Assembly: GCA_965235115.1 (NCBI GenBank)
Contig: OZ249445.1
Location: 1,054,001-1,118,000 of the forward strand
Reading direction: 5' to 3'
Origin: Laetmonice hystrix
Taxonomy: Eukaryota
DNA: 64,000 nucleotides
Shown piece by piece: positions 14,711 to 27,950 of this stretch (the stretch's first letter is position 1; each line of letters begins with the position of its first letter). A model generated the notes under the pieces. That model did not search any database. It saw only the letters and a list, made by a program, of their open reading frames with translations, and was not told where the DNA came from. The translations under genes were made by a program, and so were the position numbers.

Positions 14711-15185
14711 AGCACATTTCATAGCGTTACCTCTGAAAGGTAGCCGTCATATCTGGGTTAGCACATTTCATAGCGTTACCTCTGAAAAGTAGCCGTCATA
14801 TCTGGGTTAGCACATTTCATAGCGTTACCTCTGAAAGGTAGCCCTCATATCTGGGTTAGCACATTTCATAGCATTATCTCTGAAAGGTAGCCCTCATATC
14901 TGGGTTAGCACATATTCATAGTGTTACCTCTAAAAGGTAGCCGTCATATCTGGGTTAGCGCATTTCATAGCGTTACCTATGAAAGGTAGCCCTCATATCT
15001 GGGTTAGCACATTTCATAGTGTTACCTGAAAGGTAGCCCTCATTATCTGGGTTAGCACATTTCATAGCGTTATCTCTGAAAGGTAGCTCTCATATCTGGG
15101 TTAGCACATTTCATAGCGTTATCTCTGAAAGGTAGCCGTCCTATTTGGGTTAGCACATTTCATAGCGTTATCTCTGAAACGTAGC
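14711..15185. repeat. 49-bp tandem array, ~9-10 copies
   Basis: AGCACATTTCATAGCGTTACCTCTGAAAGGTAGCCGTCATATCTGGGTT repeated. Confidence 0.95.
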
Positions 15186-17355
15186 TCTCATGATTGTAAT
15201 ATGACTTGAGACAATCTGCAATATTTACATACACCGCTGATTGTCCTGGTATTGTACTAGCGCCAGATATTATGTTTGTGAGACTATCTACTCCTAAAAC
15301 TAGCTAAGCACTTTCTACGAGTAATCCTTTAAAGGGGTCGCTCAAAGCGTTGTATCAGAGAGATGTTCTAGGCACTGTCGGGGTCACGTGGTTGGGCAGT
15401 ACATGCTGGGATGTGACACGATATGGGCGTCCCTCCTTACCGGAAATGTGGTCGCCGCGTCATGCGCACAGATAACGTGGGCCCGTGCCACGCTCTAGGA
15501 TGAGCGATAATTGAGGAACATCTCCGGTCAATTGACATAGCCTCTCCTGTTCCTGATTAAGCTACCGGCCTCACAGAGGGAGGTAAAATGTCTGTAGATT
15601 TGTGTAAACATACAATGACAGGAAATAGACCATTCAGATGGCCACCCCGCCTCTCAGACTGGCCTGGCGATAACTGATGATCAATCCGTGTTGACACTGT
15701 CCGCTACAAGGGAGTTGTGTGTCTAAAACAGTCCGGATTTGTTGCACCACTGTGGGGAGATCGAATCCCGGAACGAGATCGTTCCCTCCTCAATCTCCTT
15801 CTATATACTTGTCGGAGGGGAAGCACATACAGGGATTGTTCTACCCCGCCCCGCCCCTAGAGACGTGTATTCTCTGATCAAGGGGTAGTCATGAGGAGAC
15901 AGACGAGCCTTCTGGAGGGTGTTACAATAAACGCGTCCGTCCGTCCGACTGGCGACCGACAGTCCGTCACTTGGTTGTATGGCCTGCAATGTTTGGTCGG
16001 TCGCCGGTAGGACGGTTATTAAAACACCTCCCTGACCAAGGGCTGGTCATCAAGAAACCTACGAATATTCTGACTTAGGGCTTGTCATGAGGAGGCAGGC
16101 GGGGAGGGGGGTTCTCTGATCCAGCTCATGAAGGACAACCCTTCCTTGATCAAGGTGTTGGCCACAGAATCGAAATGAATCTAATGGTAAAATATTGCCC
16201 GGATAAATCCTCGCATTCGACCAGTGCCCCCGCCACTAATTGGTTGCTGATCCACCTATAAGCCTGCTATAATTCCCGTCATGCCCTGAGCGGGCCTACC
16301 CTTGATTCGCTTCCCATTACTTCCTGTGGGGGCAGACCGACGCTTGACTTCACAGCCTCATTAGGGTTTGCATCACGTGACCAAACGAGATGCAATGATT
16401 GGCTGAGGTAAGAGTGCACCGACCCTCCGGAGGCACGTTTCTCCGGCAACACGAGTGTGCACATGGGTGTGCATGTGCGTGTGCACGTGGGTGTGCATGT
16501 GTGAGTGTGCACATGTCTGGGCGGGTATAACAACCATGATAATTAACACGTGCACATGCGCCCACCCTGTAATTACTGCGCCTTGCCCCCTCTCAGTGAA
16601 AGCTTCTTCCTAACTCAAACCACTCAGAAATCAATGAAAGTTCACCATAATAAAGAGATGTCAAGGAATTATGTACACGTAATATTCTCATAATTCTTTC
16701 CCTTTATTGGTTGTTTTCACCAAAATCACCTACTACTTGAATATTGATCTGACCGACTGCGTCTATATACCCTAGCATATGTCCCAGTCTGGCTGACAAG
16801 ACGCCTGAAGTAGGTCATGACATGGGTCACAGCTGTCAATCACTGGCACACAACAACTCGAACAGCATCATTTTTTCAAACTTTCGATGTTTTTTTTCAA
16901 GATCTTGTTGAACAGATATTCTGGTTGAACACCACTCTTCTACAATAACATACATTCATGCCTGTGCCTAAACAAGAGGATATCATGGGATAAGCGGTCA
17001 AAAGTAGAGAGCTCTGAAGGGATTTAAAGTCTCCTCGGATTGGCTGCCTTTATAGTCCGGCTACCCCTTTAACTGATGCCAAAGAACGGTCACGTGGTGG
17101 AATCAAAGTAGATTTTAACTGACGACGGGAAACGAGCGGGTATTTGAAGGCATCAGGCAACATTTGTGAAGCTGTCGCCGTGCTCATTACTTGTTTTACT
17201 TAAACGCAGCAAATCAAAATGGAGTTTCCGCAGTGTAAATTATTTCTGTTCACGGCAATTCAAAAGAAAACAAATTGTTTCAGATTGTTTGAAATTTCCG
17301 CTTTCATCAGGTAACGTTTTGTGGGAGCTGTCCGGGCTGGTAATATCATTACCAA

Positions 17356-17565
17356 TAGAAGGCTAGCATCAGAAGGCTAGCATCAGAAGGCTAGCATCAG
17401 AAGGCTAGCATCAGAAGGCTAGCATCAGAAGGCTAGCATCAGAAGGCTAGCATCAGAAGGCTAGCATCAGAAGGCTAGCATCAGAAGGCTAGCATCAGAA
17501 GGCTAGCATCAGAAGGCTAGCATCAGAAGGCTAGCATCAGAAGGCTAGCATCAGAAGGCTAGCAC
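17356..17565. repeat. 14-bp tandem array (AGAAGGCTAGCATC), ~15 copies
   Basis: Read directly. Confidence 0.95.
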
Positions 17566-18249
17566 CAGAAAGCCCAGGGCTGGGCGTGCACGGACATGCC
17601 GCGACACCAGTTACCGTCCGTTTGATGTCCGTGCAGTTAGCCGAGGGAGGCAGGTCAGGCGGGGGCGGGGGGGGGGAGGTCAGTAGCCCCCCCCCCCTCC
17701 ACCAGGCCGAGCGTGCGGCGGGACCGAAAGGCTCGATGTCCTTTTCCTCGGAGTATACACGAACAGGCCACCACCGGAAGTGACCGTCAGCGCGTCCCCC
17801 TCTCGCCACTGGTCACGTGCCACGATGAGGTCAGAAAGAGGCAGGTTGACGAGACCGTGCCAGGTGTGTGTGCTGCCATGGTTACCACCCCCCCCCCCCC
17901 CAATCTTCATCGAACGTCACTTTTTCCATTTTTTACATTGGCCATGTATAGATGCGTCTTCTTGAATCAGCCAGGTCGCCTGGTGCGTTCTTCTTTAACA
18001 GTGTTGTACAGGAACAACGGAGGGCTCGGAGTGATATCAACTGATCGTTAAATATAGCGTCCATACATCCCTTGATGTTTGGGTCCAGTCGGTAAATCTG
18101 TAGGCTGACACCAGAGAACTGGTTTCTCTCGTTAAAACAAAACAATTGACCATCATCTCATCATATTTTGTACAACTCATAACGACTAATCACAAAATAA
18201 GTTACAAAAAGGCGAAACCGCACTAATGATAATTTAGTGGTGAGTTTGT

Positions 18250-18253
18250 CCAC

Positions 18254-18285
<32 letters not shown>

Positions 18286-18440
18286 GGAGAGAGAGAGCGA
18301 GAGACAGAGAGAGCGAAAGAGGGAGAGAGAGCAAGAGAAAGAGGGAGAGAGAGCAAGAGAGATAGAGAGACAGAAAGTCAGGGACAGAGAGAGAGGCGGA
18401 GTCAGAGACAGAGACAGATAGAGAGAGACAGAGAGACAGA
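18250..18440. repeat. Degenerate (GA)n microsatellite
   Basis: Read directly. Confidence 0.95.
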
Positions 18441-19142
18441 GTAGAGGTGGCAGATAGATGCATGCTTGGTTCCTAATGCTACAGAGATCTCTTCGTTTAT
18501 CGCAGTCCATGCCCATGTTATTATATTTGTTTATCTGTTTGTTTGCCTATGAAAGCAGAATGGCTGTTTTAAATAACAAACAGTTGGCATGGTTATGTAT
18601 AGACTTGTTTATGCCAGTGACACCAGCTGCTCGGCGGCAGATGGCATCCTTGTGCCGGATTCAGAATGAAGTCACCGCACTGGGTCGTCGTCTGCTGCCG
18701 AGCTGTTGCTTGGCAACAGGTGGACTCAATTAGTCGGAAGCACCAATTACAAGAGGAGAGCAGCGCCACCTTGCGAGCGTCGTTTCCTAACCTCCAATCA
18801 CCGTGATTACCAGGACCGATCTTCATATCTTTTACACAAGTCTAGCTTCGATCGACCTCAAAGTGCCAACACCTCAAGGAGGCATTTCGCGAGCAAACCG
18901 TGTCAAAAAGACACATTCCTAATTTCCGTTGGTGCAATGCTGATGAGACGTTTCGTGAAAAGTGATTGACAAAGACGGCGAAAAATGATCGCCGTGATTT
19001 TCGTTTACACGGTTATAGGAAGGACAGAGAGTGTTAATGTGAAAGTCAGGGTTGAATCGTAGGCAGATTTTCTTACATTCATCCTCCCGTGCCCTTAGAT
19101 ATGTTTACTCTGCCTGTAAGTCATGTCTTATGTGTTGTATGT

Positions 19143-19905
19143 AGATATCGTGTCAAAGATTTGACCTTGACCTAACAAAGGACGTTAAGGTCGTGTACTA
19201 GAATGATGTTTATTGAGATTAGATATCGTGTCAAAGATTTGACCTTGACGTGACAACGATAGGACGTTGAGGTGGTGTAATAGACTGGTGTTTATTGAGA
19301 TTAGATATCGTGTCAAAGATTTGACCTTGACCTGACAAAGGACGTTGAGCTGGTGTAATAGATGTTTATTGAGATTAGATATCGTGTCAAAGATTTGACC
19401 TTGACCTGACAAAGGACGTTAAGGTCGTGTAATAGATGTTTATTGAGACTAGATATCGTGTCAAAGATTTGACCTTGACCTAACAAAGGACGTTGAGGTG
19501 GTGTAATAGACTGATGTTTATTGAGATTAGATATCGTGTCAAAGATTTGACCTTGACCTGACAAAGGACGTTGAGGTGGTGTAATAGACTGATGTTTATT
19601 GAGGTTAGATATCGTGTCAAAGATTTGACCTTGACGTGACAAAGGACGTTGAGGTGGTGTAATAGATGTTTATTGAGATTAGATATCGTGTCAAAGATTT
19701 GACCTTGACCTAACAAAGGACGTTAAGGTGGTGTAATAGACTGATGTTTATTGAGATTAGATATCGTGTCAAAGATTTGACCTTGACCTAACAAAGGACG
19801 TTGAGGTGGTGTAATAGACTGATGTTTATTGAGATTAGATATCGTGTCAAAGATTTGACCTTGACCTGACAAAGGACGTTGAGGTGGTGTAATGTTTATT
19901 GAGAT
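19143..19905. repeat. 74-78-bp tandem array, ~10 copies
   Basis: AGATATCGTGTCAAAGATTTGACCTTGACC... repeated. Confidence 0.95.
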
Positions 19906-20054
19906 AGGACGGCAGGTTTATCCATCAACTCTCCGTCAGACGTTCGTCTCATCGACACCCGTACATCTGGCTCACTGGTTGTTCCAGTCACGTGCGTGAA
20001 ACCAGGTCAGGTGGACGCACGTCAGGGACGTGGTGAGCAGGTTAACTGCTGGTA

Positions 20055-20420
20055 CCGCCTTGTTTGTGGTCCCCTACACTGTAATATACAGTCTGAATAA
20101 TTGATCAGTTCCGCCTTGTTTGTGGTCCCCTGCACTGTAATATACAGTCTGAATAATTGATCAGTTCCGCCTTGTTTGTGGTCCCCTACACTGTAATATA
20201 CAGTCTGAATAATTGATCAGTTCCGCCTTGTTTGTGGTCCCCTACACTGTAATATACAGTCTGAATAATTGATCGGTTCCGCCTTGTTTGTGGTCACCTA
20301 CACTGTAATGTACAGTCTGAATAATTGATCAGTTCCGCCTTGTTTGTGGTCCCCTACACTGTAATATACAGTCTCAATAATTGATCAGTTCCGCCTTGTT
20401 TGTGGTCCCCTTACACTGTT
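20055..20420. repeat. 56-bp tandem array, ~6.5 copies
   Basis: Read directly. Confidence 0.95.
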
Positions 20421-21199
20421 GTAAAACCATCGTTCCTGACGTGAATTCAAATGCGTTTTATTAAGATACGGGAAAGTCTCACATACCTCTGCGTTATACT
20501 GGGTGAAATTTTCGAAGTCGAATATTCCACTGTCATGAGTAGGCAATTTCAATGGAACAGCCAGCATGGCCAACATAGTCAGTGGACTGGGAATAACACA
20601 GGGCATTCCTCCGTAATGATGGCAGTTCCATTGAAATTCCCTACTCCTGATAGTGGCCAATATTTCCGCCAGGTATTAGGCCGAGGTACGTAGGATTTTC
20701 CATTATTTTGATATGTTTTGAGTACCCGTGGGTGTTTTAATGAAGGTCATTCACTTAGAACTACAAGTCGATATCTACGTATTTTGTTATCTACTTAGAT
20801 AGCCAGATAACAGGTAGCTAGATAGATAACACTTGACGATTAGTCAAACAATTATCGCGTAAGACTGATATCTAATTGATGTCTTCGTATCTCGTTGGGA
20901 TTACCGTTTGGACAGTTTGGTTAGGATCCGTTATGGAGGCAGTTTGTGTCCGCGCTGTCGCGGAGTGAAGTCAAATAAGAACTATAAGTGAATGAAAAAC
21001 AAGCTTTTCTAATGAGTATCTGTTGTACGATGATCCCCGCACGCACATTAAACAAGGAAAAATCTTAATGACCAGGCGTTAATTAGTCTCATGAGAGTTT
21101 TCGTCGAACTGTATAATATGATAATTACCACTGCATATATGCATACTCTATGGCAGACGTGCTCTACTACCCCCCCCCCCCCACAGTCTACACCTGTCA

Positions 21200-21560
21200 G
21201 CTCCATCTGCACAAGGACAGTCTACAGGCTAACACAAGGATCTGTCGGCTCCATCTGTACTATAGGACAGTCTACAGGCTAACACAAGGATCTGTCGGCT
21301 CCATCTGTACTATAGGACAGTCTACAGGCTAACACAAGGATCTGTCGGCTCCATCTGTATTATAGGCGGTCTACAGGCTAACACAAGGATCTGTCGGCTC
21401 CATCTGTACTATAGGACAGTCTACAGGCTAACACAAGGATCTGTCGGCTCCATCTGTACTATAGGACAGTCTACAGGCTAACACAAGGATCTGTCGGCTC
21501 CATCTGTACTATAGGACAGTCTACAGGCTAACACAAAGACCGGTCGGCTCCATCTGTATT
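21200..21560. repeat. 50-bp tandem array, ~7 copies
   Basis: Read directly. Confidence 0.93.
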
Positions 21561-22259
21561 CGGGCAGTCTGTACTAACATAAAGACCTGTGACCCCCATC
21601 TATGCGGTCGCCAGTGCTCCCTGTTGATCATGGGGACATACGTGTATCACACCAGAAAATGTGTTTTATCCCAGAGTTGATGATCAGCAGGACATATTAT
21701 CAGGTCGCTGATCAGCAGGACATATTAACAGGTCGGTGATCAGTAGGACATATTAACAGGTCGGTGATCAGCAGGACTAATTAACAGGTCGCGCTGATCA
21801 GTCGATGTTGATCTGTGACGGATGACGGGATCATGTCCCGACTATAGGTGAGGACGATCAGCTCTTAAAGTGAGGACGATCATTAAAGCAGTTTCCATAT
21901 AAGACTATCAAGTTGTTCAGTTCAGTGTAGAGTACCCAAGATGGTGCAGATTATAATACAGCATCCACATGATTGATATCTATGTGGATGGACGAAATTA
22001 TCAAGTTTCATTTATACAACAAGTTATGGCAGAAACGGTTCCGGTTGTATTACACTGAAATTCAGCCTGCCGGGGCGAGATGCAATATAAACGTTTTACA
22101 GCGAAGCTAGTCTGTTGAGGCCCTCGCTATCTAAACACAATAAACCGTCCAGAATGAGAATATGGTTATCGTAATCACTGTAATCCAGCAGCCTTAATGG
22201 TCTCTTAGGTATGTACTTTCTCTTGGTGGATAAAGGTTGCATGTCGTATAGCTCTGACG

Positions 22260-22320
22260 GCAGCGGCCAATCACTTTCAATCTCAGTCACGTGACTGTGT
22301 GCGCCTGCGCAGCGAGCCCT
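22260..22320. promoter_or_regulatory. Promoter-like motif cluster: CCAAT box, GTCACGTGAC E-box, NRF1-like TGCGCCTGCGCA
   Basis: Three housekeeping-promoter-type motifs within 60 bp, followed by a plus-strand GAG|GTGAG donor-like site at ~22329. No linked gene identified. Confidence 0.4.
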
Positions 22321-23532
22321 AAAAGGAGGTGAGAAATGCCGGCCCTGCTCCCCAGGAACACGTAACTGGATGGAGGGAACGCTGCGTGGCGCCTCGATGG
22401 CACACAGACTGGCGTCGCTTGGAAAGCGTCAGGAAAAGCACTTGTCCCTCACCTAAAAAACGGTCATTAGGCCTATAACATTTAGAGCCAGGCCCAGCCA
22501 TGGCGCTTACATACAATGCTTGGCTAGTTTTTATGTAAATCTTTGGGGACAGTAGGTGAAGCAGGAATGAAAGGAACATCAATTTGCCGCCGGGTACCGG
22601 TAGGTGTAAATTCTACCTGTACATGCAAACATTATTGGTTGATCCGACATGAAACAGTCCCCGCAGACATCTCTCAATGTTCATCTTTAGAAGAGATCAA
22701 TTCAAAACGGGGCCTTTCGGCAGACAGAGAACGGTTCCACGTGTGTGTGTGTGGGGGGGGGGCGGTGGATTCCTTTACAGGCCGCGCAGAGCTTCTCCCG
22801 AAATCCCACGCCTAAACCCGATTATGGTCACCATGGCGACGCCCAACGCCTCACAGATGAAGCAGCGTTGCTCCGGGGCGAATTGTGACGACGGCGATGT
22901 CACGTGACGTTCTCAGTTATTGCGGCAACCGGAGTAGAAGGTAAATTTGTTCGCCGCAAGAGGGCGTTAGTGAAGGCGTTATTGATCCCAGACTCTGTGA
23001 TGGACTCTAGGTAGCCCGAATTTCGCCCCAAACACGACGTAAACTGACAAATATAGATACTCGGCCCATCATGTCTAACTGTGGGTGGAGAGGGTTGGGT
23101 GGGCTTGGGTAGGGGTGCACAACTATGTCAATACCTGCCCTTCCTAACTAAGTCCAGCAGGTTTATGGTTGTGACCAGACGTTGGTAACGGGTTACCTTG
23201 GTTACCTTACACTAACTATAGTATGGACGTCCTGGTGACCAGACGTTGGTAACGGGTTACCTTGGCCTAGTCCTTACCTTACACTAATTATAGTATGGAA
23301 GTCCTGGCGAGCTTACATCGCGCTGCTTACCGATGCCCCCTAAATGGAGGTTTGGAAGTCGATTTTGTATTGGTAGTTGCTGGATTGGCGGCGATCATTG
23401 AGCGGGCAGGTCCGCCTGGCAGGCTGAAGACAGCTCCCAACACGTGTTCACGTTTCCTTCCACGGTTGTTGTTATCACTCCCTCGCTGTACATCAATAGT
23501 GTACTGTCTGTAGATTACTACCACCTCGTCAA

Positions 23533-24730
23533 ACACAACGAACGGTCGACAGAACACCTAGTGCGTACTCCCCAGTCGTTTCGATCTCTGTGTGACACAA
23601 CGAACAGTCGACAGAACACCTAGTGCGTACTCCCCAGTCGTTTCGATCTCTGTGTGACACAACGAACGGTCGACAGAACACCTAGTGCGTACTCGCCAGT
23701 CGTTTCAATCTCTCTGTGTGACACAACGAACAGTCGACAGAACACCTAGTGCGTACTCCCCAGTCGTTTCGAGCTCTCAGTGTGACACAACGAACGGTCG
23801 ACAGAACACCTAGTGCGTACTCCCCAGTCGTTTCGATCTCTGTGTGACACAACGAACGGTCGACAGAACACCTAGTGCGTACTCCTCAGTCGTTTCGATC
23901 TCTCTGTGTGACACAACGAACGGTCGACAGAACACCTAGTGCGTACTCCCCAGTCGTTTCGAGCTCTCTGTGTGACACAACGAACGGTCGACAGAACACC
24001 TAGTGCGTACTCCTCAGTCGTTTCGAGCTCTCTGTGTGACACAACGAACGGTCGACAGAACACCTAGTGCGTACTCCCCAGTCGTTTCGATCTCTCTGTG
24101 TGACACAACGAACGGTCGACAGAACACCTAGTGCGTACTCCCCAGTCGTTTCGATCTCTCAGTGTGACACAACGAACGGTCGACAGAACACCTAGTGCGT
24201 ACTCCCCAGTCGTTTCGATCTCTCAGTGTGACACAACGAACGGTCGACAGAACACCTAGTGCGTACTCCCCAGTCGTTTCGATCTCTGTGTGACACAACG
24301 AACGGTCGACAGAACACCTAGTGCGTACTCCCCAGTCGTTTCGATCTCTGTGTGACACAACGAACGGTCGACAGAACACCTAGTGCGTACTCCCCAGTCG
24401 TTTCGATCTCTCTGTGTGACACAACGAACGGTCGACAGAACACCTAGTGCGTACTCCCCAGTCGTTTCGATCTCTCAGTGTGACACAACGAACGGTGGAC
24501 AGAACACCTAGTGCCTACTCCCCAGTCGTTTCGATCTCTCAGTGTGACACAACGAACGGTCGACAGAACACCTAGTGCGTACTCCCCAGTCGTTTCGATC
24601 TCTCTGTGTGACACAACGAACGGTCGACAGAACACCTAGTGCGTACTCCCCAGTCGTTTCGATCTGTGTGTGACACAACGAACGGTCGACAGAACACCTA
24701 GTGCCTACTCCCCAGTCCCGATCTCTCAGT
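23533..24730. repeat. 62/64-bp tandem array, ~19 copies
   Basis: CACAACGAACGGTCGACAGAACACCTAGTGCGTACTCCCCAGTCGTTTCGATCTCTGTGTGA repeated. Confidence 0.96.
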
Positions 24731-25758
24731 GTGATTTGGGTCCACCTTACCGATTGTAAAATGGTCCCTGTTTCACACACAATACATGAACCCGTCCGCC
24801 TTGAAGGTTTTAAAGAAGCTCAGTTATTCTGCTTCGTAGATAGATCAGGTAGGAAAGACGGACCCTGTGTATGGGGAGGGGGGCATTTCCTTATATTGTA
24901 ACATTACCTCCCAGATATAGGAATCCCATTTCGGTCTGATTTCGACCTAAAGTAGCGTTGGCCGGGGGTTCACCTAGGCTCACCTGGGTTTATTGATAGG
25001 GATGCGGGTTTTAGGGAGGTCTCTGGGAGACAAACTATGGCGTACAATTAGGTTTAGGCTAGGAGTCATCTCTAAGTTCTGACTACACAGCACCAGTACG
25101 TGGATATGTTAACCTGGGTGGTAGGATCGCACAGACCTCAGTGAGAATGTGGCCTAACTTGTTTCAATATGTAAAACCGTTTTCTTGTTTAATTCGTTGT
25201 GTGTGTGTCATTTATTTACGGGTTTCAGGTTCCGCCGATAGATTTGCATATTGATGGTTTGTTTGTGCATCTCCTGCTACACGTCAGGACAAGGGGTGAA
25301 CTGTGTGGAGGGGGTACGAGCGCCATTTGGAACACCGGAAGTGACGTCATGAACAGAGAGAACACATTGGGTACTACCGTTTGAGTGACCCCTGACCTGA
25401 CCTAGAAATACCCGTCCGGAAAAAGCCGAACATTGCCGAGCTCGAACATAAATGTATAAATAAATACCTGAGGCACTCTTGTATCTGTCATATTGGGACG
25501 AAATTATGTAGCTAGCCGGAAACACCCAATATATTCCGAATCATCCCGAATTCGCTCTGGCCGATTTTCGACTAACTGATTTTTTTCCGCAAAAGTAGTT
25601 CCTAATATTCCATCACGATATTTCTCTTGTAGGCCTAGGTTGAATAATCCACTCTATACTTCCGGTTTTGGGATTTTGAGATACGGTAAATACATTTACT
25701 ACAAATAGCATACACTCTGGCTAAAATTGGGAACCGCATAGGGGACATTTTCTGCCAT

Positions 25759-25889
25759 AGCCTGGTCCCCTGTGCCTACCATACGCATCCGCTATGTTAG
25801 GCCAGGTGCTGGCTGACCAAAAGCCGCGAACCGGAAGTGATTAAACTCCAAGCACTTCCGCTTCCGTTCAGTTGGTCAGCGTTAACAGA
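25759..25889 (+). mobile_element. Dispersed repeat copy A (inverted homolog at 39511-39626), rich in GGAAGTG motifs
   Basis: About 95 bp align at roughly 90% by eye with the reverse complement of 39511-39603, plus a shared AGCCTGGTCCCCTGTGCCTA end. Confidence 0.75.
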
Positions 25890-27049
25890 GTAACCGACTT
25901 CTGCTTGGAGCGTGGCCGGAAGTGGCCAACATGCCCATGCGTATGCAGACCGTAGCAGGTGTGGGGAACAATGACACTATGTTTACATCCAGAAAAGCGA
26001 GGACATTTAACACTTGTATTTTAAATGGATTGACGAAAATATCTGTATCGTGTTGGAGAAATACGGAGGGTACGGAACTATACGTCGTTTGCGTCCATGT
26101 TTTCGATGGGCCAATCACAATGCTCGCTTTGATTAGCCTTCACCAGGCTCAATATACGTAGTCAATATAGAGCTGGGGACCAGGATATTTCTGCCCGTGA
26201 TTAGGCATGGCAGAGGGTACCGCGGATCAATCCCTCTGCATCATGGGAGATTATGGTTGTTATTCTGGAGGGAATGATTTGGACGACCGGAAGTGAGGTC
26301 GAGGTTGTCTTGGAATGCTGTTCAACATTTTAAAAATTTACAGGCACTATTTCCTGAGGGTTCATACCAGCGCCGAACAGCAAAGTCCAGGATAACGTTT
26401 GGGGAGACAGCTATCGATCCGTGTACGACAGCATGCCCCTGAAACTAAAGTGTACCGTACTAGGGTTTCCAATATTCCCAGGCTATTAGTAGTCAGCAAA
26501 GAGAGGCCACAGCTGGGGCGTGGGTGCAAACAATGCTCCGTTTCATCAGATGGGTCGTGACTATAAACAAACTTCATTGTTTGTGTTCGGGGTTTGTAAA
26601 CGACGACGTGTACCGGTAGGCAGCAACTGATCGACATAGATTGTGACACCTCGGTCGGGTAGGGACACCATGTCTGCGCATGCCCAGGGCAGCCCAGGAC
26701 GGACCAATATAAACACAGCCGCTGGGTCGTGTCATGTTACCTAACAGATGTTCTCCTCCATCGTCATCAGCCCGGCACCTGGACAAACCTCAATATCCTC
26801 CATTAGGGTTTTCAAATATTGCTATCTAGATTTTTGTTTAAATTGTATACACCGCCTTTTAAAATGGCATAAATTCATCGGTTTTCTATAGATCACAATA
26901 TTCATGGACCGGCTTAAAACCTACACGACGACAAACATTACAAGCATGGCGCCCGAAGGTGGAATGAATGGTAACGAGGTGCAACCTGAGTTTGACCCAG
27001 GGTGGATGGGGTTTATTCCACGACCAGTACCAACCCAGAACAGACATGT

Positions 27050-27190
27050 TAGCTATCTCAATACCAGGATCCAGGATAGCTATCTCAATACCAGGATCCA
27101 GGATAGCTATCTCAATACCAGGATCCAGGATAGCTATCTCAATACCAGGATCCAGGATAGCTATCTCAATACCAGGATCCAGGATTCCCA
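27050..27190. repeat. 27-bp tandem array, ~5 copies
   Basis: AGCTATCTCAATACCAGGATCCAGGAT repeated. Confidence 0.95.
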
Positions 27191-27409
27191 GGGGGTGCCT
27201 TTCATTACAATCCCCGCACACCCGAAATCCGCTACTGTATACAGATTCCTTCATGACGGAATCGGTCGTCCCTGACCTCCCCCCGACATTCCCCCAATAC
27301 TCGACAACAGTCCGTCAGTCAGGGCGACCTGAATGTGACCCGGGCTGGGAGGACACAGAGGACTGGTAGCATGTAACAGAAGAAGTTCATGAGAACCTGT
27401 TTGAAAGCC

Positions 27410-27950
27410 CACCGGTTCCTCCCGTCTGACCTCCCTTGGTGGGGGTAGAACTATAAAGTCCATCGGTTCCTCCCGTCTGGCTTCCCTTGGTGGGGGTAGA
27501 ACTATTAAAGCTCATCGGTCCCTCCCGTCTGACCTCCCTTGGTGGGGGTAGAACTATGAAAGCCCATCGGTCCCTCCCGTCTGACCTCCCTTGGTGGGGG
27601 TAGAACTATGAAAGTCCATCGGTTCCTCCCGTCTGACCTCCCTTGGTGGGGGTAGAACTATTAAAGTCCATCGGTTCCTCCCGTCTGACCTCCCTTGGTG
27701 GGGGTAGAACTATTCGGTTCCTCCCGTCTGGCCTCCCTTGGTGGGGGTAGAACTATTCGGTTCCTCCCGTCTGACCTCCCTTGGTGGGGGTAGAACTATG
27801 AAAGCCCATCGGTTCCTCCCATCTGGCCTCCCTTGGTGGGGGTAGAACTATGAAAGACCATCGGTTCCTCCCGTCTGACCTCCCTTGGTGGGGGTAGAAC
27901 TAATCGGTTCCTCCCGTCTGACCTCCCTTGGTGGGGGTAGAACTAATCGT
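27410..27950. repeat. 42-52-bp tandem array, ~11 copies
   Basis: TCGGTTCCTCCCGTCTGACCTCCCTTGGTGGGGGTAGAACTA core. Confidence 0.95.

Noticed and set aside
15740-15790. GATCGAATCCC resembling a tRNA/SINE B-box (and TAGCTCAG at ~55942 as an A-box)
   Set aside because: No paired A/B boxes and no cloverleaf could be built.
17933-18145. ORF with DPNIKGCMDAI, faintly like a tetraspanin loop end
   Set aside because: No transmembrane segment follows and there is no convincing exon structure.
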